64,000 nucleotides of DNA from Escherichia coli (lineage in GTDB: Bacteria > Pseudomonadota > Gammaproteobacteria > Enterobacterales > Enterobacteriaceae), in assembly GCF_003334315.1 (NCBI RefSeq), contig NZ_QOWR01000021.1. One strand, given 5' to 3'. Both the position numbers and the translations under genes were made by a program. Of this stretch, positions 10,970-24,963 are shown in pieces. Every line of letters starts with the position of its first letter. The first letter of the stretch is position 1. The notes beneath the pieces were generated by a model. That model ran no database searches. It was not told the DNA's origin and saw only the letters and a program-made list of their open reading frames with translations.

Positions 10970-11824
10970 ATGGCACTGCCAGTGAACAAACGCGTTCTCA
11001 AAATTCTGTTTATTCTCTTTGTTGTTGCCTTCTGCGTTTATTTAGTGCCGCGCGTTGCCATCAACTTCTTCTATTATCCTGACGATAAACTTTACGGTCC
11101 CGACCCCTGGTCGGCGGAATCCGTCGAATTTACGGCTAAGGACGGTACTCGTCTGCAAGGCTGGTTTATTCCTTTTTCGACGGGCCCTGCTGACAACGCT
11201 ATCGCAACCATCATTCATGCTCACGGCAATGCCGGAAATATGTCCGCCCACTGGCCGCTGGTCAGTTGGTTACCCGAGCGTAATTTCAACGTTTTTATGT
11301 TTGATTATCACGGGTTTGGTAAATCAAAAGGCACGCCGTCCCAGGCCGGATTGCTGGACGATACGCAAAGCGCCATCAATGTGGTGCGCCATCGCAGTGA
11401 TGTAAACCCACAACGGCTGGTGCTGTTCGGGCAGAGTATTGGCGGGGCGAATATTCTTGCTGTTATTGGTCAGGGTGATCGTGAAGGCATACGTGCGGTG
11501 ATCCTCGACTCCACATTTGCCTCTTATGCAACCATCGCCAACCAGATGATCCCCGGCAGTGGCTACTTACTTGATGAGAGTTACAGTGGCGAAAATTACA
11601 TCGCCAGCGTCAGCCCGATCCCGCTTTTACTCATTCACGGTAAAGCCGATCACGTTATCCCATGGCAGCACAGCGAAAAGTTGTATAGCCTGGCAAAAGA
11701 GCCAAAACGGTTGATTCTAATCCCGGATGGCGAACACATTGATGCTTTTTCCGATCGTCACGGCGATGTTTATCGCGAACAGATGGTGGACTTTATCCTT
11801 AGCGCGTTGAATCCGCAGAACTAA
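10970..11824 (+). CDS. yfhR: Alpha/beta-hydrolase (S9 peptidase-like) membrane-anchored protein YfhR
   Basis: N-terminal TM segment, GQSIGG nucleophile elbow; start set to MALPVNKR (284 aa), longest ORF starts 27 nt upstream. Confidence 0.85.
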   Translation: MALPVNKRVLKILFILFVVAFCVYLVPRVAINFFYYPDDKLYGPDPWSAESVEFTAKDGTRLQGWFIPFSTGPADNAIATIIHAHGNAGNMSAHWPLVSWLPERNFNVFMFDYHGFGKSKGTPSQAGLLDDTQSAINVVRHRSDVNPQRLVLFGQSIGGANILAVIGQGDREGIRAVILDSTFASYATIANQMIPGSGYLLDESYSGENYIASVSPIPLLLIHGKADHVIPWQHSEKLYSLAKEPKRLILIPDGEHIDAFSDRHGDVYREQMVDFILSALNPQN

Positions 11825-12014
11825 CCCATGATCGCTAGCACGATAATCATTCACAAAACCACCTTAAGACATGCTAATCCACTGGTCAGAACAGTTTAAG
11901 ATGAGAAAAATTCTGTGACGCTTGCCAACATTTCTGATGATTAGCATTCCCTTCGCCATTTCCTTGAGCAAACTTTAGCTATTCTTATCAATTATGCTTA
12001 TGGGAGATCTACAG

Positions 12015-13295
12015 ATGATGCCTACGCTTGCTCCACCATCTGTCCTTTCGGCTCCCCAGCGCCGCTGCCAGATCTTGCTGACGCTCTTTCAGCCGGGGTT
12101 GACCGCCACCATGGCAACCTTCAGCGAGCTTAATGGTGTGGATGATGATATTGCCAGTCTTGATATCAGCGAAACAGGACGGGAGATCCTGCGCTATCAT
12201 CAACTCACACTGACGACTGGTTATGACGGTAGCTACCGGGTTGAAGGTACAGTGCTTAACCAACGTTTGTGTTTATTTCACTGGCTACGACGTGGTTTCC
12301 GTCTGTGTCCGTCATTTATTACCAGCCAATTCACCCCCGCCCTGAAGAGTGAACTGAAGCGGCGCGGAATTGCGCGTAACTTTTACGACGATACCAATCT
12401 ACAAGCGTTAGTGAATCTCTGCTCCCGACGGCTGCAAAAACGCTTTGAATCGCGCGATATTCATTTCCTGTGTCTGTATCTGCAATATTGTTTGCTGCAG
12501 CACCACGCTGGAATTACGCCTCAGTTTAATCCGCTCCAACGTCGCTGGGCGGAATCCTGCCTTGAATTTCAGGTAGCGCAGGAAATTGGACGCCACTGGC
12601 AGCGTCGGGCGCTCCAGCCTGTACCACCTGATGAGCCACTGTTTATGGCACTACTTTTTTCCATGTTGCGGGTTCCCGATCCATTGCGGGATGCGCATCA
12701 GCGGGACAGACAATTGCGTCAGTCTATCAAACGTCTGGTAAACCATTTTCGTGAGCTGGGAAATGTTCGTTTTTATGATGAACAGGGGTTATGTGATCAG
12801 CTTTATACCCACCTCGCCCAGGCGTTAAATCGCAGTTTGTTTGCCATCGGTATTGATAATACCCTGCCGGAAGAGTTCGCCAGACTGTACCCACGCCTGG
12901 TGCGCACCACCCGCGCGGCGCTGGCCGGATTTGAAAGTGAATACGGCGTCCATCTTTCTGATGAGGAAAGTGGTCTGGTCGCGGTGATTTTCGGTGCCTG
13001 GCTAATGCAGGAAAACGATCTGCATGAAAAACAGATTATTCTACTGACCGGGAATGATAGCGAGCGAGAAGCGCAGATTGAGCAGCAGTTACGCGAACTA
13101 ACGTTACTGCCGCTCAACATTAAGCATATGTCGGTAAAGGCATTTTTGCAGACAGGCGCTCCGCGAGGCGCGGCACTGATTATTGCTCCTTATACCATGC
13201 CGTTACCGCTCTTTTCACCACCGCTGATCTATACGGACCTGACACTGACAACACATCAACAGGAGCAGATCCGCAAAATGCTCGAATCAGCATGA
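12015..13295 (+). CDS. csiE: Stationary-phase inducible protein CsiE
   Basis: ORF recognised as CsiE; start trimmed to MMPTLAPP (426 aa). Confidence 0.9.
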   Translation: MMPTLAPPSVLSAPQRRCQILLTLFQPGLTATMATFSELNGVDDDIASLDISETGREILRYHQLTLTTGYDGSYRVEGTVLNQRLCLFHWLRRGFRLCPSFITSQFTPALKSELKRRGIARNFYDDTNLQALVNLCSRRLQKRFESRDIHFLCLYLQYCLLQHHAGITPQFNPLQRRWAESCLEFQVAQEIGRHWQRRALQPVPPDEPLFMALLFSMLRVPDPLRDAHQRDRQLRQSIKRLVNHFRELGNVRFYDEQGLCDQLYTHLAQALNRSLFAIGIDNTLPEEFARLYPRLVRTTRAALAGFESEYGVHLSDEESGLVAVIFGAWLMQENDLHEKQIILLTGNDSEREAQIEQQLRELTLLPLNIKHMSVKAFLQTGAPRGAALIIAPYTMPLPLFSPPLIYTDLTLTTHQQEQIRKMLESA

Positions 13296-14426
13296 GGGAA
13301 CAACTTTCGGGCGCAAAAACATTGCCGGAAGCGCCACCAGCGCCATTACCCAGAACACGCCGTGGCCCAGATATTGATACAGGAAACCGGCGAAAACGGT
13401 CATGATAGCGATACTGCCGCCCATCGCGACGGCAGAGTAAACCGCCTGTAAACGGATGACTTCGCTACCCTGGCGAGCAGCAATATAACGCATGGCGGCC
13501 AGGTGGCAGACCGTGAAGGTGCCGCAATGCAGAATTTGCACCACTATCAACCACGGCAACGCCGTAGTTGCTCCCATAATGCCCCAGCGCACTACGCCGC
13601 AAATCGCCGAGATCAACAGCATATCGCGTGCACTACAACGGCGGAAAAGTTTATTACTCAGCGCAAAGATAATGACTTCCGCCACCACGCCCAGCGACCA
13701 CAAATACCCCACCGCCGAGGCCGAGTAGCCAGCTGCCTGCCAGTAAATGGCGCTAAAACCGTAATAGGCCGCATGTGCCCCCTGCAATAAACAAACGCAG
13801 GCCAGAAAGCGCCAGTTCTGGCGAACCAGCGCCAACCACGCAGACCAACCGGTGCTCTCCTGCTGGCGACTTGCCCCTTGTGGCTGAATCGTCGGACGGA
13901 TGAGAAAGCCGAGCAGCATGGATGCCACGCCCAACGTCAACAGCGCGAGGATCACCCGATAATCAAACATAGTGACCAGTTTGCCCGTCAGCGCCGAGCC
14001 AATGACAAACGCCACCGAGCCCCACAGTCGCACTTTGCCGTAATCAAGCGGGAACTGCTTTTGCCACGTATTCGCCAGTGCATCGGTCAACGGTACCAGT
14101 GGTGAGAAAAAGAGGTTAAAGCCAATCATCACCAGCATCAGCCACGCTACGTGCGCCCCCGCCCAGAAGGCGACAGCAAAGAGAAGTGTCAGCAGTGCCA
14201 GCACGCGCAAGGCGGAAATCAGGCGGGAAGGATCGCTGACGCGGGGCGCGATGAGCAAACTCCCGAGGAAACGGGCAACCAGACCTGCCCCCAATAACAG
14301 GCCGATGGTTTCTGGCGTTAAACCAATCCCTTTAAGCCAGACGCTCCAGAAAGGTAGAAAAATGCCGTAACTAAAAAAGTATGTGAAATAGCCGAGCGCC
14401 AACCAGCGCGTGGATTGCAAAACCAT
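13287..14426 (-). CDS. hcaT: MFS transporter HcaT (putative 3-phenylpropionate transporter)
   Basis: 379-aa polytopic membrane protein adjacent to hcaR. Confidence 0.92.
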   Translation of the reverse strand: MVLQSTRWLALGYFTYFFSYGIFLPFWSVWLKGIGLTPETIGLLLGAGLVARFLGSLLIAPRVSDPSRLISALRVLALLTLLFAVAFWAGAHVAWLMLVMIGFNLFFSPLVPLTDALANTWQKQFPLDYGKVRLWGSVAFVIGSALTGKLVTMFDYRVILALLTLGVASMLLGFLIRPTIQPQGASRQQESTGWSAWLALVRQNWRFLACVCLLQGAHAAYYGFSAIYWQAAGYSASAVGYLWSLGVVAEVIIFALSNKLFRRCSARDMLLISAICGVVRWGIMGATTALPWLIVVQILHCGTFTVCHLAAMRYIAARQGSEVIRLQAVYSAVAMGGSIAIMTVFAGFLYQYLGHGVFWVMALVALPAMFLRPKVVPSC

Positions 14427-14585
14427 GAGTCCCTCCCGTCAGGAGGCGTTAGTCTGGGGTTAATCGAATGTTGGTGCAAGTTGAAAAATAAGAATATTCG
14501 AGCCTGCTTCCCGATGTCTGTAACGCCAGTTCACAAGCACTAAAAAACTGAGATCCGCGACGCATGTTGCAAAAATAATGCGTAA

Positions 14586-15476
14586 TTATGCCGTTACGCT
14601 TGCCAAACGTTCCTGCACAATGGCGATGAAATCGCGTAATGCCGGCTTCATCTCCCCTTTCTTCCACGCCATCAGTAAAGCAATGGAAGGCACATTTCCG
14701 GCAATGGGACGAAAAACAACCTGTCCGGTATTAAAATTATTCATATAACCGGGTATCAAAGTGACGCCCAGCCCCATGCCCACCAGATTCATGGTCACCA
14801 GAATATTCGTTGCCACCTGGACGATATTTGGCTGGCTGTTTTCTTGCGCAAACCACGCTTTAACGATCGGCGCAAGCGAACCGGAATACACCGGATCGGT
14901 ACTGACGAAATTCACGCCATCCAGTTGCGCGGCGGTGATCTCTTTTTCATGTGCTAAAGGGTGATCAACCGGTAACACAACCACTAATGGTTCGTCAAAA
15001 AGCTCCAGATAATCAATCTCCGGGCTATAAACAGGATGGCGCATTAAGCCGACGTCGAGTTCACCACGGCGAATTTTTTCCTCCTGTTGCGTGGTGATTA
15101 AACTCACCAGCTCAATCAAGGTGTCTGGCTGTCTGAGACGAAACATCGGTAATACTTTTGGCAGTAAATTCACTTCCGCCGATGGCACAAAGCCAATGGT
15201 TAATTGTCTGTCTTCCTGAACAATTTTCCGCGCCCGTAATTTGGCATTTTCCGCTTGTTCGAGGATTGCCAGCGCGTCCTGGAGAAAACATTCTCCCGCC
15301 GCCGTCAACGCGACTTTGCGCTTATCCCTCACCAGTAACGGAACACCGACACAGTTTTCAAGATCGCGGATCTGGCTGCTTAACGAAGGCTGTGAGGTAT
15401 GCAGTTTTTCCGCCGCACGGGTAAAGTTCAGTGCCTGCGCCACTGCGACGAAATAGCGTAAATGCCGTAGTTCCAT
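14586..15476 (-). CDS. hcaR: LysR-type transcriptional activator HcaR
   Basis: LysR HTH (MELRHLRYFVAVA); start trimmed to MELRHL (296 aa); divergent from hcaE. Confidence 0.93.
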   Translation of the reverse strand: MELRHLRYFVAVAQALNFTRAAEKLHTSQPSLSSQIRDLENCVGVPLLVRDKRKVALTAAGECFLQDALAILEQAENAKLRARKIVQEDRQLTIGFVPSAEVNLLPKVLPMFRLRQPDTLIELVSLITTQQEEKIRRGELDVGLMRHPVYSPEIDYLELFDEPLVVVLPVDHPLAHEKEITAAQLDGVNFVSTDPVYSGSLAPIVKAWFAQENSQPNIVQVATNILVTMNLVGMGLGVTLIPGYMNNFNTGQVVFRPIAGNVPSIALLMAWKKGEMKPALRDFIAIVQERLASVTA

Positions 15477-15575
15477 CACCTTCCCCTTGTTATCGAAAAA
15501 ACGTCTCAGCTGGTAGAAATTAACTATTTCACATATTAGCAACCAACCAGCAACATCCTTATGGCACAAAAATAG

Positions 15576-17487
<1,912 letters not shown>

Positions 17488-17488
<1 letters not shown>

Positions 17489-17808
17489 TGAATCGAATTT
17501 ATGCGTGTCCCGTTGCGGATGTGCCGGAGGGTGAGGCTCTCCGGATCGATACCTCGCCCGTCATCGCCCTGTTCAACGTTGGCGGCGAGTTTTATGCCAT
17601 TAACGATCGTTGCAGCCATGGTAATGCGTCAATGTCAGAAGGGTATCTGGAAGATGACGCCACGGTGGAGTGCCCGCTACACGCCGCCAGTTTTTGCCTG
17701 AAAACGGGGAAAGCGTTATGCCTGCCCGCCACCGATCCGCTCACCACTTATCCAGTACACGTTGAAGGTGGTGACATTTTCATCGACTTACCGGAGGCGC
17801 AGCCATGA
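17488..17808 (+). CDS. hcaC: Rieske-type ferredoxin component of 3-phenylpropionate dioxygenase
   Basis: 106 aa, CSHG..CPLH Rieske motif. Confidence 0.95.
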
Positions 17809-18617
17809 GCGATCTGCATAACGAGTCCATTTTTATTACCGGCGGCGGATCGGGATTAGGGCTGGCGCTGGTCGAGCGATTTATCGAAGAAGGCGCGCAG
17901 GTTGCCACGCTGGAACTGTCGGCGGCAAAAGTCGCCAGTCTGCGTCAGCGATTTGGCGAACATATTCTGGCGGTGGAAGGTAACGTGACCTGTTATGCCG
18001 ATTATCAACGCGCGGTCGATCAGATCCTGACTCGTTCCGGCAAGCTGGATTGTTTTATCGGCAATGCAGGCATCTGGGATCACAATGCCTCACTGGTTAA
18101 TACTCCCGCAGAGACGCTCGAAACCGGCTTCCACGAGCTGTTTAACGTCAATGTTCTCGGTTACCTGCTGGGCGCAAAAGCCTGCGCTCCGGCGTTAATC
18201 GCCAGTGAAGGCAGCATGATTTTCACACTGTCAAATGCCGCCTGGTATCCTGGCGGCGGTGGCCCGCTGTACACCGCCAGTAAACATGCCGCAACCGGAC
18301 TTATTCGCCAACTGGCTTATGAACTGGCACCGAAAGTGCGGGTGAATGGCGTCGGCCCGTGTGGTATGGCCAGCGACCTGCGCGGCCCACAGGCGCTCGG
18401 GCAAAGTGAAACCTCGATAATGCAGTCTCTGACGCCGGAGAAAATTGCCGCCATTTTACCGCTGCAATTTTTCCCGCAACCGGCGGATTTTACGGGGCCG
18501 TATGTGATGTTGGCATCGCGGCGCAATAATCGCGCATTAAGCGGTGTGATGATCAACGCTGATGCGGGTTTAGCGATTCGCGGCATTCGCCACGTAGCGG
18601 CTGGGCTGGATCTTTAA
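17805..18617 (+). CDS. hcaB: 2,3-dihydroxy-2,3-dihydrophenylpropionate dehydrogenase (SDR family)
   Basis: 270 aa, TGGGSGLG Rossmann motif. Confidence 0.95.
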
Positions 18618-19829
<1,212 letters not shown>

Positions 19830-19925
19830 CCAGGATAATTAGCGAATATCTCAATGCCTGGGGCGTGGCGAGGTGCAAGAGTGTGTATTACGTTTAAATC
19901 ACATTATCTTGCAAAGGGATTGGTT

Positions 19926-20348
19926 ATGAACACACTACGTTATTTTGATTTTGGAGCTGCCCGCCCCGTTTTGTTATTAATTGCCCGTATCGCCGTGGTC
20001 TTAATTTTCATTATTTTTGGTTTTCCCAAAATGATGGGCTTTGACGGTACGGTCCAATATATGGCCTCGTTGGGCGCGCCAATGCCGATGCTGGCAGCGA
20101 TTATTGCGGTAGTTATGGAAGTGCCCGCCGCGATATTAATCGTGCTTGGCTTTTTCACCCGTCCGCTGGCGGTGCTGTTTATTTTCTACACGCTGGGTAC
20201 GGCGGTGATTGGTCACCATTACTGGGATATGACCGGCGATGCGGTTGGGCCAAATATGATTAATTTCTGGAAGAATGTCAGTATCGCTGGCGCGTTCTTG
20301 CTATTGGCAATTACCGGGCCGGGGGCAATTTCTCTCGATCGGCGTTAG
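19926..20348 (+). CDS. yphA: DoxX-family inner membrane protein YphA
   Basis: Hydrophobic ORF; start set to MNTLRYFDF (140 aa). Confidence 0.85.
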
Positions 20349-20354
20349 GAAAGA

Positions 20355-20387
20355 TGCCGGATGCGGCGTGAACGCCTTATCCGGCAT
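20355..20387. repeat. Single REP unit between the convergent yphA and yphB
   Basis: gccggatgcggcgtgaacgccttatccggc. Confidence 0.85.
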
Positions 20388-20395
20388 TTAATAAA

Positions 20396-21268
20396 TTACA
20401 GCCACTCTACCCGCAACGACATCTCTGAAGTTGTTGATTCCCCTGGTGCTAGCGCAATGAGATCACCCCCTTCCGGGCGATGATGATCATCCGGCGCATG
20501 GCTCATCGGTTCCAGACAGAAGAAATCAAACGCATATCCTTTATCAAACGCAGGGTCGGAAACAAAGATGAAATAACACGGTGCAGGTGGCGTCGTTTCC
20601 ATGATGATGGCATAACCTTCCTGCGGCTGCTCGATGCGGGCCTGACCATTCCATCCGGCAAAACCATTGTTCACCCACTGGCGCGGCAACGGCGCGGGCT
20701 GGTTAAAATCCAGTTCCTGCGGTAGCTGCTCGCAAAACTCACCCGCCAGCCACTGCTCCCGCTCCAGCCAGTAACCGCTCGCCTGTGCCTGAATCCGCGT
20801 TTGCGGCGACAACGGAAAATAAGGATGCCAGCCGGTACCAAATGGCAGCGTCTCTGCCCCTTGATTGGTGACAGAGAGTGTCACCGTCAGCGTATCCGCC
20901 GTTAAATGAAACGCCTGACTTACCCGATAGTGATAGACACCGCTGCGATGTTCATACACCAGACACAAACTATCATCGCTGTGCGAGACACATTGCCACT
21001 CGCCCAGCCAGCCATCGCCGTGTAGATAGTGCGCATCCCACTCAACATTCGGTTGCAGTTGATACTCACGCCCCTGCCAGACAAAACGGTTGCCGCTCAC
21101 CCGGTTTGCAAATGGCACCAGCGGAAAACAGGAGGCATCGGTTGCCACACCGCTTTTTTTACCAGGACGTAAGAGCGGCGTCGTATCGCGCCAGAAGCCT
21201 TCGATTACGCCGCCCTGGTCAGAAACGTCCAGCTTTAGCGACCCGTGGGATAAGGTATAGATGGTCAT
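20396..21268 (-). CDS. yphB: Aldose 1-epimerase (mutarotase) family protein YphB
   Basis: 290-aa ORF recognised as YphB. Confidence 0.88.
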   Translation of the reverse strand: MTIYTLSHGSLKLDVSDQGGVIEGFWRDTTPLLRPGKKSGVATDASCFPLVPFANRVSGNRFVWQGREYQLQPNVEWDAHYLHGDGWLGEWQCVSHSDDSLCLVYEHRSGVYHYRVSQAFHLTADTLTVTLSVTNQGAETLPFGTGWHPYFPLSPQTRIQAQASGYWLEREQWLAGEFCEQLPQELDFNQPAPLPRQWVNNGFAGWNGQARIEQPQEGYAIIMETTPPAPCYFIFVSDPAFDKGYAFDFFCLEPMSHAPDDHHRPEGGDLIALAPGESTTSEMSLRVEWL

Positions 21269-21279
21269 CCGCGAACTCC

Positions 21280-22341
21280 TTAATCCGGGAAGTTAATCAC
21301 AACTTTCCCGCATTTGCCGCTCGCCATCAGCGCATAGGCATCTCCAGCCTGTTCCAGCGTGAAGCGATGGGTAATGGCGTTACGCGGCCACAGTTTCCAG
21401 TCCGTCAGATCATGGGCGCATTTTTCCATATGGAACAGACTGGTCACCCAGGAGCCGATAATCCGCCGTTGATGGTGCATCAGATCGGCGCTGACCTCGA
21501 ATTCCACTTTTCCGGTTTCACCAATGTAAACCACCCGTCCCCAGTCAGCGGTGGATTGCAGTGCCAGCAAGCGACCTGCGGCATTACCAGAACAATCGAG
21601 CGCAACATCCGCGCCACCGTGGGTGAGTTCGGCGATAATCTGCGGCAGACCTTCGGTGGTTGCTAAATAGCCGTGATCCATCACCCCTAACTGTTTTGCC
21701 ATCGCCAGACGTTCCGGCAGCATATCAACGCCGATGATCCGTTTTGCACCGCGACCTTTCGCCAGCATCATCGCCATCATGCCGACCGGCCCCAGACCGA
21801 CCACCAGCACGTTATCGCTGCCGGAAACTTCGCCGCGCAAAATCCCTTCATAGGCCGTGCCAACGCCGCAACTGATAAACGCACCATCTTCGTAGCTCAG
21901 CGCATCCGGCAGGAGGATCAGATCTTTTTCTTCCGCCAGCAGATATTCGGCATGACCGCCGTCACGCTGCCAGCCGTAAGCCGCTTTTCCTTTGCCAGTA
22001 CAAGAGATAGGAAAGCCGCGGCGGCAGTTCGGGCAAAAACCACAGCCAGAAATGTGATACACCAGCACGCGGTCGCCCTCTTTAAAATGGCGGCAGCCTT
22101 GCCCCATCGCCACAATCTGCCCGCACGGTTCATGACCGTTGATAAAGCCCTGGTATAACGGTTTATCGGGTGCCGCCGCTGTGGCACGGTGTTGATGATA
22201 GATATAGTGGACATCGCTTCCGCAAATCCCGGAGGATTTCATTTTGATCAGTACCTGGTTAATCCCCGGCGTCGGCACCGCAACTTCCCGCAGATCGACG
22301 GTCGAATTTCCTGGTAAATAAGCTGCCAGCATCGTTTTCAT
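21280..22341 (-). CDS. yphC: Zn-dependent medium-chain alcohol/polyol dehydrogenase YphC
   Basis: GHEPCG zinc motif, Rossmann VVGLGPVG; start set to MKTMLAAY (353 aa). Confidence 0.88.
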   Translation of the reverse strand: MKTMLAAYLPGNSTVDLREVAVPTPGINQVLIKMKSSGICGSDVHYIYHQHRATAAAPDKPLYQGFINGHEPCGQIVAMGQGCRHFKEGDRVLVYHISGCGFCPNCRRGFPISCTGKGKAAYGWQRDGGHAEYLLAEEKDLILLPDALSYEDGAFISCGVGTAYEGILRGEVSGSDNVLVVGLGPVGMMAMMLAKGRGAKRIIGVDMLPERLAMAKQLGVMDHGYLATTEGLPQIIAELTHGGADVALDCSGNAAGRLLALQSTADWGRVVYIGETGKVEFEVSADLMHHQRRIIGSWVTSLFHMEKCAHDLTDWKLWPRNAITHRFTLEQAGDAYALMASGKCGKVVINFPD

Positions 22342-22406
22342 AAATCCCTCATTAACAATACGATTAATTTTCATCCCTGCCGCACCCGCGCCAGGGGCGT
22401 TAAGGT

Positions 22407-23405
22407 TTAGCGTTTCGCTTTACTGCTTCGCTGGGTCAGCAAGATATTCGCCAGCACCGCCACCACGATGATGACGCCGCGTACCACCTGCTGGAAAAAG
22501 GAGTTAATACCGAGCAGCACCAGACCGTTACCGATTAGCGTAATCACCAGCACACCAAGCAATGTACCGAACAGGGAACCGCGACCGCCGGAAAGTGCCG
22601 TACCGCCGACCACGACCGCGGCGATGACGTCAAACTCCAGACCGTTTGCGGCACCTGCGTTACCAGAACCGAGGCGCGCCGCCAACAAAATGCCGGTCAC
22701 CGCCGCTAATAATCCCGAAAGGGTAAAGATAAGAATGCGCACCCGACGAACGTTGATGCCGCACAACTGCGCCGCCGTAGCATTACCGCCAACGGCAAAA
22801 ACCGAGCGCCCGAAGGCGGTTTTGCGGCTGATGAACACAAACAGCGCAAACAACACAATCATGATCAGCGCGGATACCGGCACACCGAGAAATTGTCCGC
22901 CCAGCCAGTCCAGCACCTCGTTTTCATCAATCGGCACTGGCAGTGCGTTCGTCATAAACAGCCCCATTCCGCGCAGGGCGCTCCACAGCCCCAGTGTGGC
23001 AACGAAACTTGGTACATTAAACACGCCGCGCAGCACCCCGGCCAGCGTTCCCATCAGCGCGCCTAACAGCAACACCAGCAGGCACGCCACCGCCAGCGGA
23101 ACTTCAAATTGCAGCAAAAATGCCAGGCACACCGAGACAAAAGCCACCATCGGCCCAACGCTGACATCAATTTCACCGGAGATAATAATCAGCGTCATCG
23201 CCCAGGCGGCAATCCCAATGGTGGCGGCATCGCGCAGCACGTTCATCTGGTTATTCAATGAGATAAAGCCAGGCGCGTTCAGGGAGAAGACCAGATAAAG
23301 AATGGCAATCACCACCAGCAAACCGATCTCATTAATATGGCGACTGACAAATTGTTTGAGCGAGACGCTCTTGCCCTGCGGCAATGGTAATGACGAAGCA
23401 GACAT
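22407..23405 (-). CDS. yphD: Sugar ABC transporter permease YphD
   Basis: 332-aa polytopic ribose/xylose-type permease. Confidence 0.9.
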   Translation of the reverse strand: MSASSLPLPQGKSVSLKQFVSRHINEIGLLVVIAILYLVFSLNAPGFISLNNQMNVLRDAATIGIAAWAMTLIIISGEIDVSVGPMVAFVSVCLAFLLQFEVPLAVACLLVLLLGALMGTLAGVLRGVFNVPSFVATLGLWSALRGMGLFMTNALPVPIDENEVLDWLGGQFLGVPVSALIMIVLFALFVFISRKTAFGRSVFAVGGNATAAQLCGINVRRVRILIFTLSGLLAAVTGILLAARLGSGNAGAANGLEFDVIAAVVVGGTALSGGRGSLFGTLLGVLVITLIGNGLVLLGINSFFQQVVRGVIIVVAVLANILLTQRSSKAKR

Positions 23406-23429
23406 CTTCAGGTTCCTCGGTAAAATTCA

Positions 23430-24941
23430 TCAGTGCACAGACAGAATGGCGGACATCAGCTCATCCACATTGACCGGAGCGTGAAACTCCTGCGAGAACG
23501 TGCCGTGCTGTAATAACAGGATGCGGTCACACACCAGCGGCAACTCCTCCACTTCACTGGAGATAAACACCACGCTTTTTCCTTCGGCAGCCAGCTCACG
23601 GACAATACGGTAAATCTGCTGTTTGGCTTCGATATCGACGCCGCGCGTTGGCTCGTCGAGCAACAAAATCTGGCTGGCAGCATAGACCCAACGACCGATC
23701 ACCACTTTTTGCTGATTGCCACCAGAAAGCGTGCCGATGGGTGTTTCGCTACTGGCGGCCTTGACCGTCATCCGCTGCATCACCTCTTCGGTCAGGCGGC
23801 GGATGGTGGACCATTGCAGCACACCGTTGGCGCTGATTTTTTGCCGATTGGTCAGCACTGTATTTTCGTCAACGCCCAACCAGGGAATGATCCCCGCTTC
23901 TTTGCGGTTTTCTGGCGTATAGCCAATGCCGCGTTTCAGCATGTCGCCGTAATCGGGGCGCGTGATTTTCTCGCCGTTGATAACAATTTCGCCCTGTTCA
24001 TACTCCTCCAGCCCAACAATCGCCTTCAGCAATTCACTGCGCCCTGCCCCCAGCAGACCAGCAATGCCGAGCACTTCGCCACGACGTAGCGTAAAACTGA
24101 TATCCTCCAGCTTGGGCTTATGGCGTAACGCACGGACTTCCAGCACGGCCTGATCCACAATTTCCTGAGGGGCTACCGGCGCAATATCAACGTGATCGCG
24201 CCCGAGCATCAGCGACACAATATGATGCGTGGAGGTGTTTTCGAGCATCACATCGCCCGCCACCTGACCATCGCGCATAACGGTGGCACAGGAGGCAATG
24301 CGGCGAATTTCTTCCATCCGGTGGCTGACATAAATCACCGCCACGCCCAGTGCCGACATCTTTTTCACCGCGCTGATCACCAGTTCAACTTCCGCACTCG
24401 CAAGCGAACTGGTAGGTTCATCAAGAATGACCACGCGCGGCTCGCCCTTCATCACCCGCGCAATTTCCACCAGCTGCTTTTGCGCCGGGCTTAGCGTTGA
24501 AACAAGTTGTTCAGGACTAACGTCAACGCCCAGCGCCTGTAAGCAACGTTGGGCATCCTGCGCCATTTGCAGGTAATCAATCATGCCGTTGCGGCGGGGC
24601 CACTGACCGAGGCAGAGGTTTTCCGCCACTGTCAGCCCTTCCACCAGACTTAACTCCTGATAAACCGCGCGCACCCCCAGTTCAGCGGCACGGCGAGTCA
24701 GCGTAGCTTCGTCACCTTCCAGTCGCGTCTCGCCAATCCAGATATCACCGCTATCCGGGCGTTCGCTGCCGGTAAGCATTCGAATGAGAGTCGATTTGCC
24801 CGCGCCGTTTTTACCTAACAGCGCACGAACTTCGCCTTTATTGAGCGTGAAGTTAACGTTATCCAGCGCAACGACGCCGGGATAACGCTTATTTCCTGCC
24901 ACCACTTTTGCTACCGGGACTGCCTCTGTTGCCGTGAACAT
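23430..24941 (-). CDS. yphE: Sugar ABC transporter ATP-binding protein YphE (duplicated ABC domains)
   Basis: Two Walker A sites (GKNGAGKS; second degenerate) and LSGG signature, 503 aa. Confidence 0.9.
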   Translation of the reverse strand: MFTATEAVPVAKVVAGNKRYPGVVALDNVNFTLNKGEVRALLGKNGAGKSTLIRMLTGSERPDSGDIWIGETRLEGDEATLTRRAAELGVRAVYQELSLVEGLTVAENLCLGQWPRRNGMIDYLQMAQDAQRCLQALGVDVSPEQLVSTLSPAQKQLVEIARVMKGEPRVVILDEPTSSLASAEVELVISAVKKMSALGVAVIYVSHRMEEIRRIASCATVMRDGQVAGDVMLENTSTHHIVSLMLGRDHVDIAPVAPQEIVDQAVLEVRALRHKPKLEDISFTLRRGEVLGIAGLLGAGRSELLKAIVGLEEYEQGEIVINGEKITRPDYGDMLKRGIGYTPENRKEAGIIPWLGVDENTVLTNRQKISANGVLQWSTIRRLTEEVMQRMTVKAASSETPIGTLSGGNQQKVVIGRWVYAASQILLLDEPTRGVDIEAKQQIYRIVRELAAEGKSVVFISSEVEELPLVCDRILLLQHGTFSQEFHAPVNVDELMSAILSVH

Positions 24942-24963
24942 AGGGACCTCTGCGAATCAGCGA

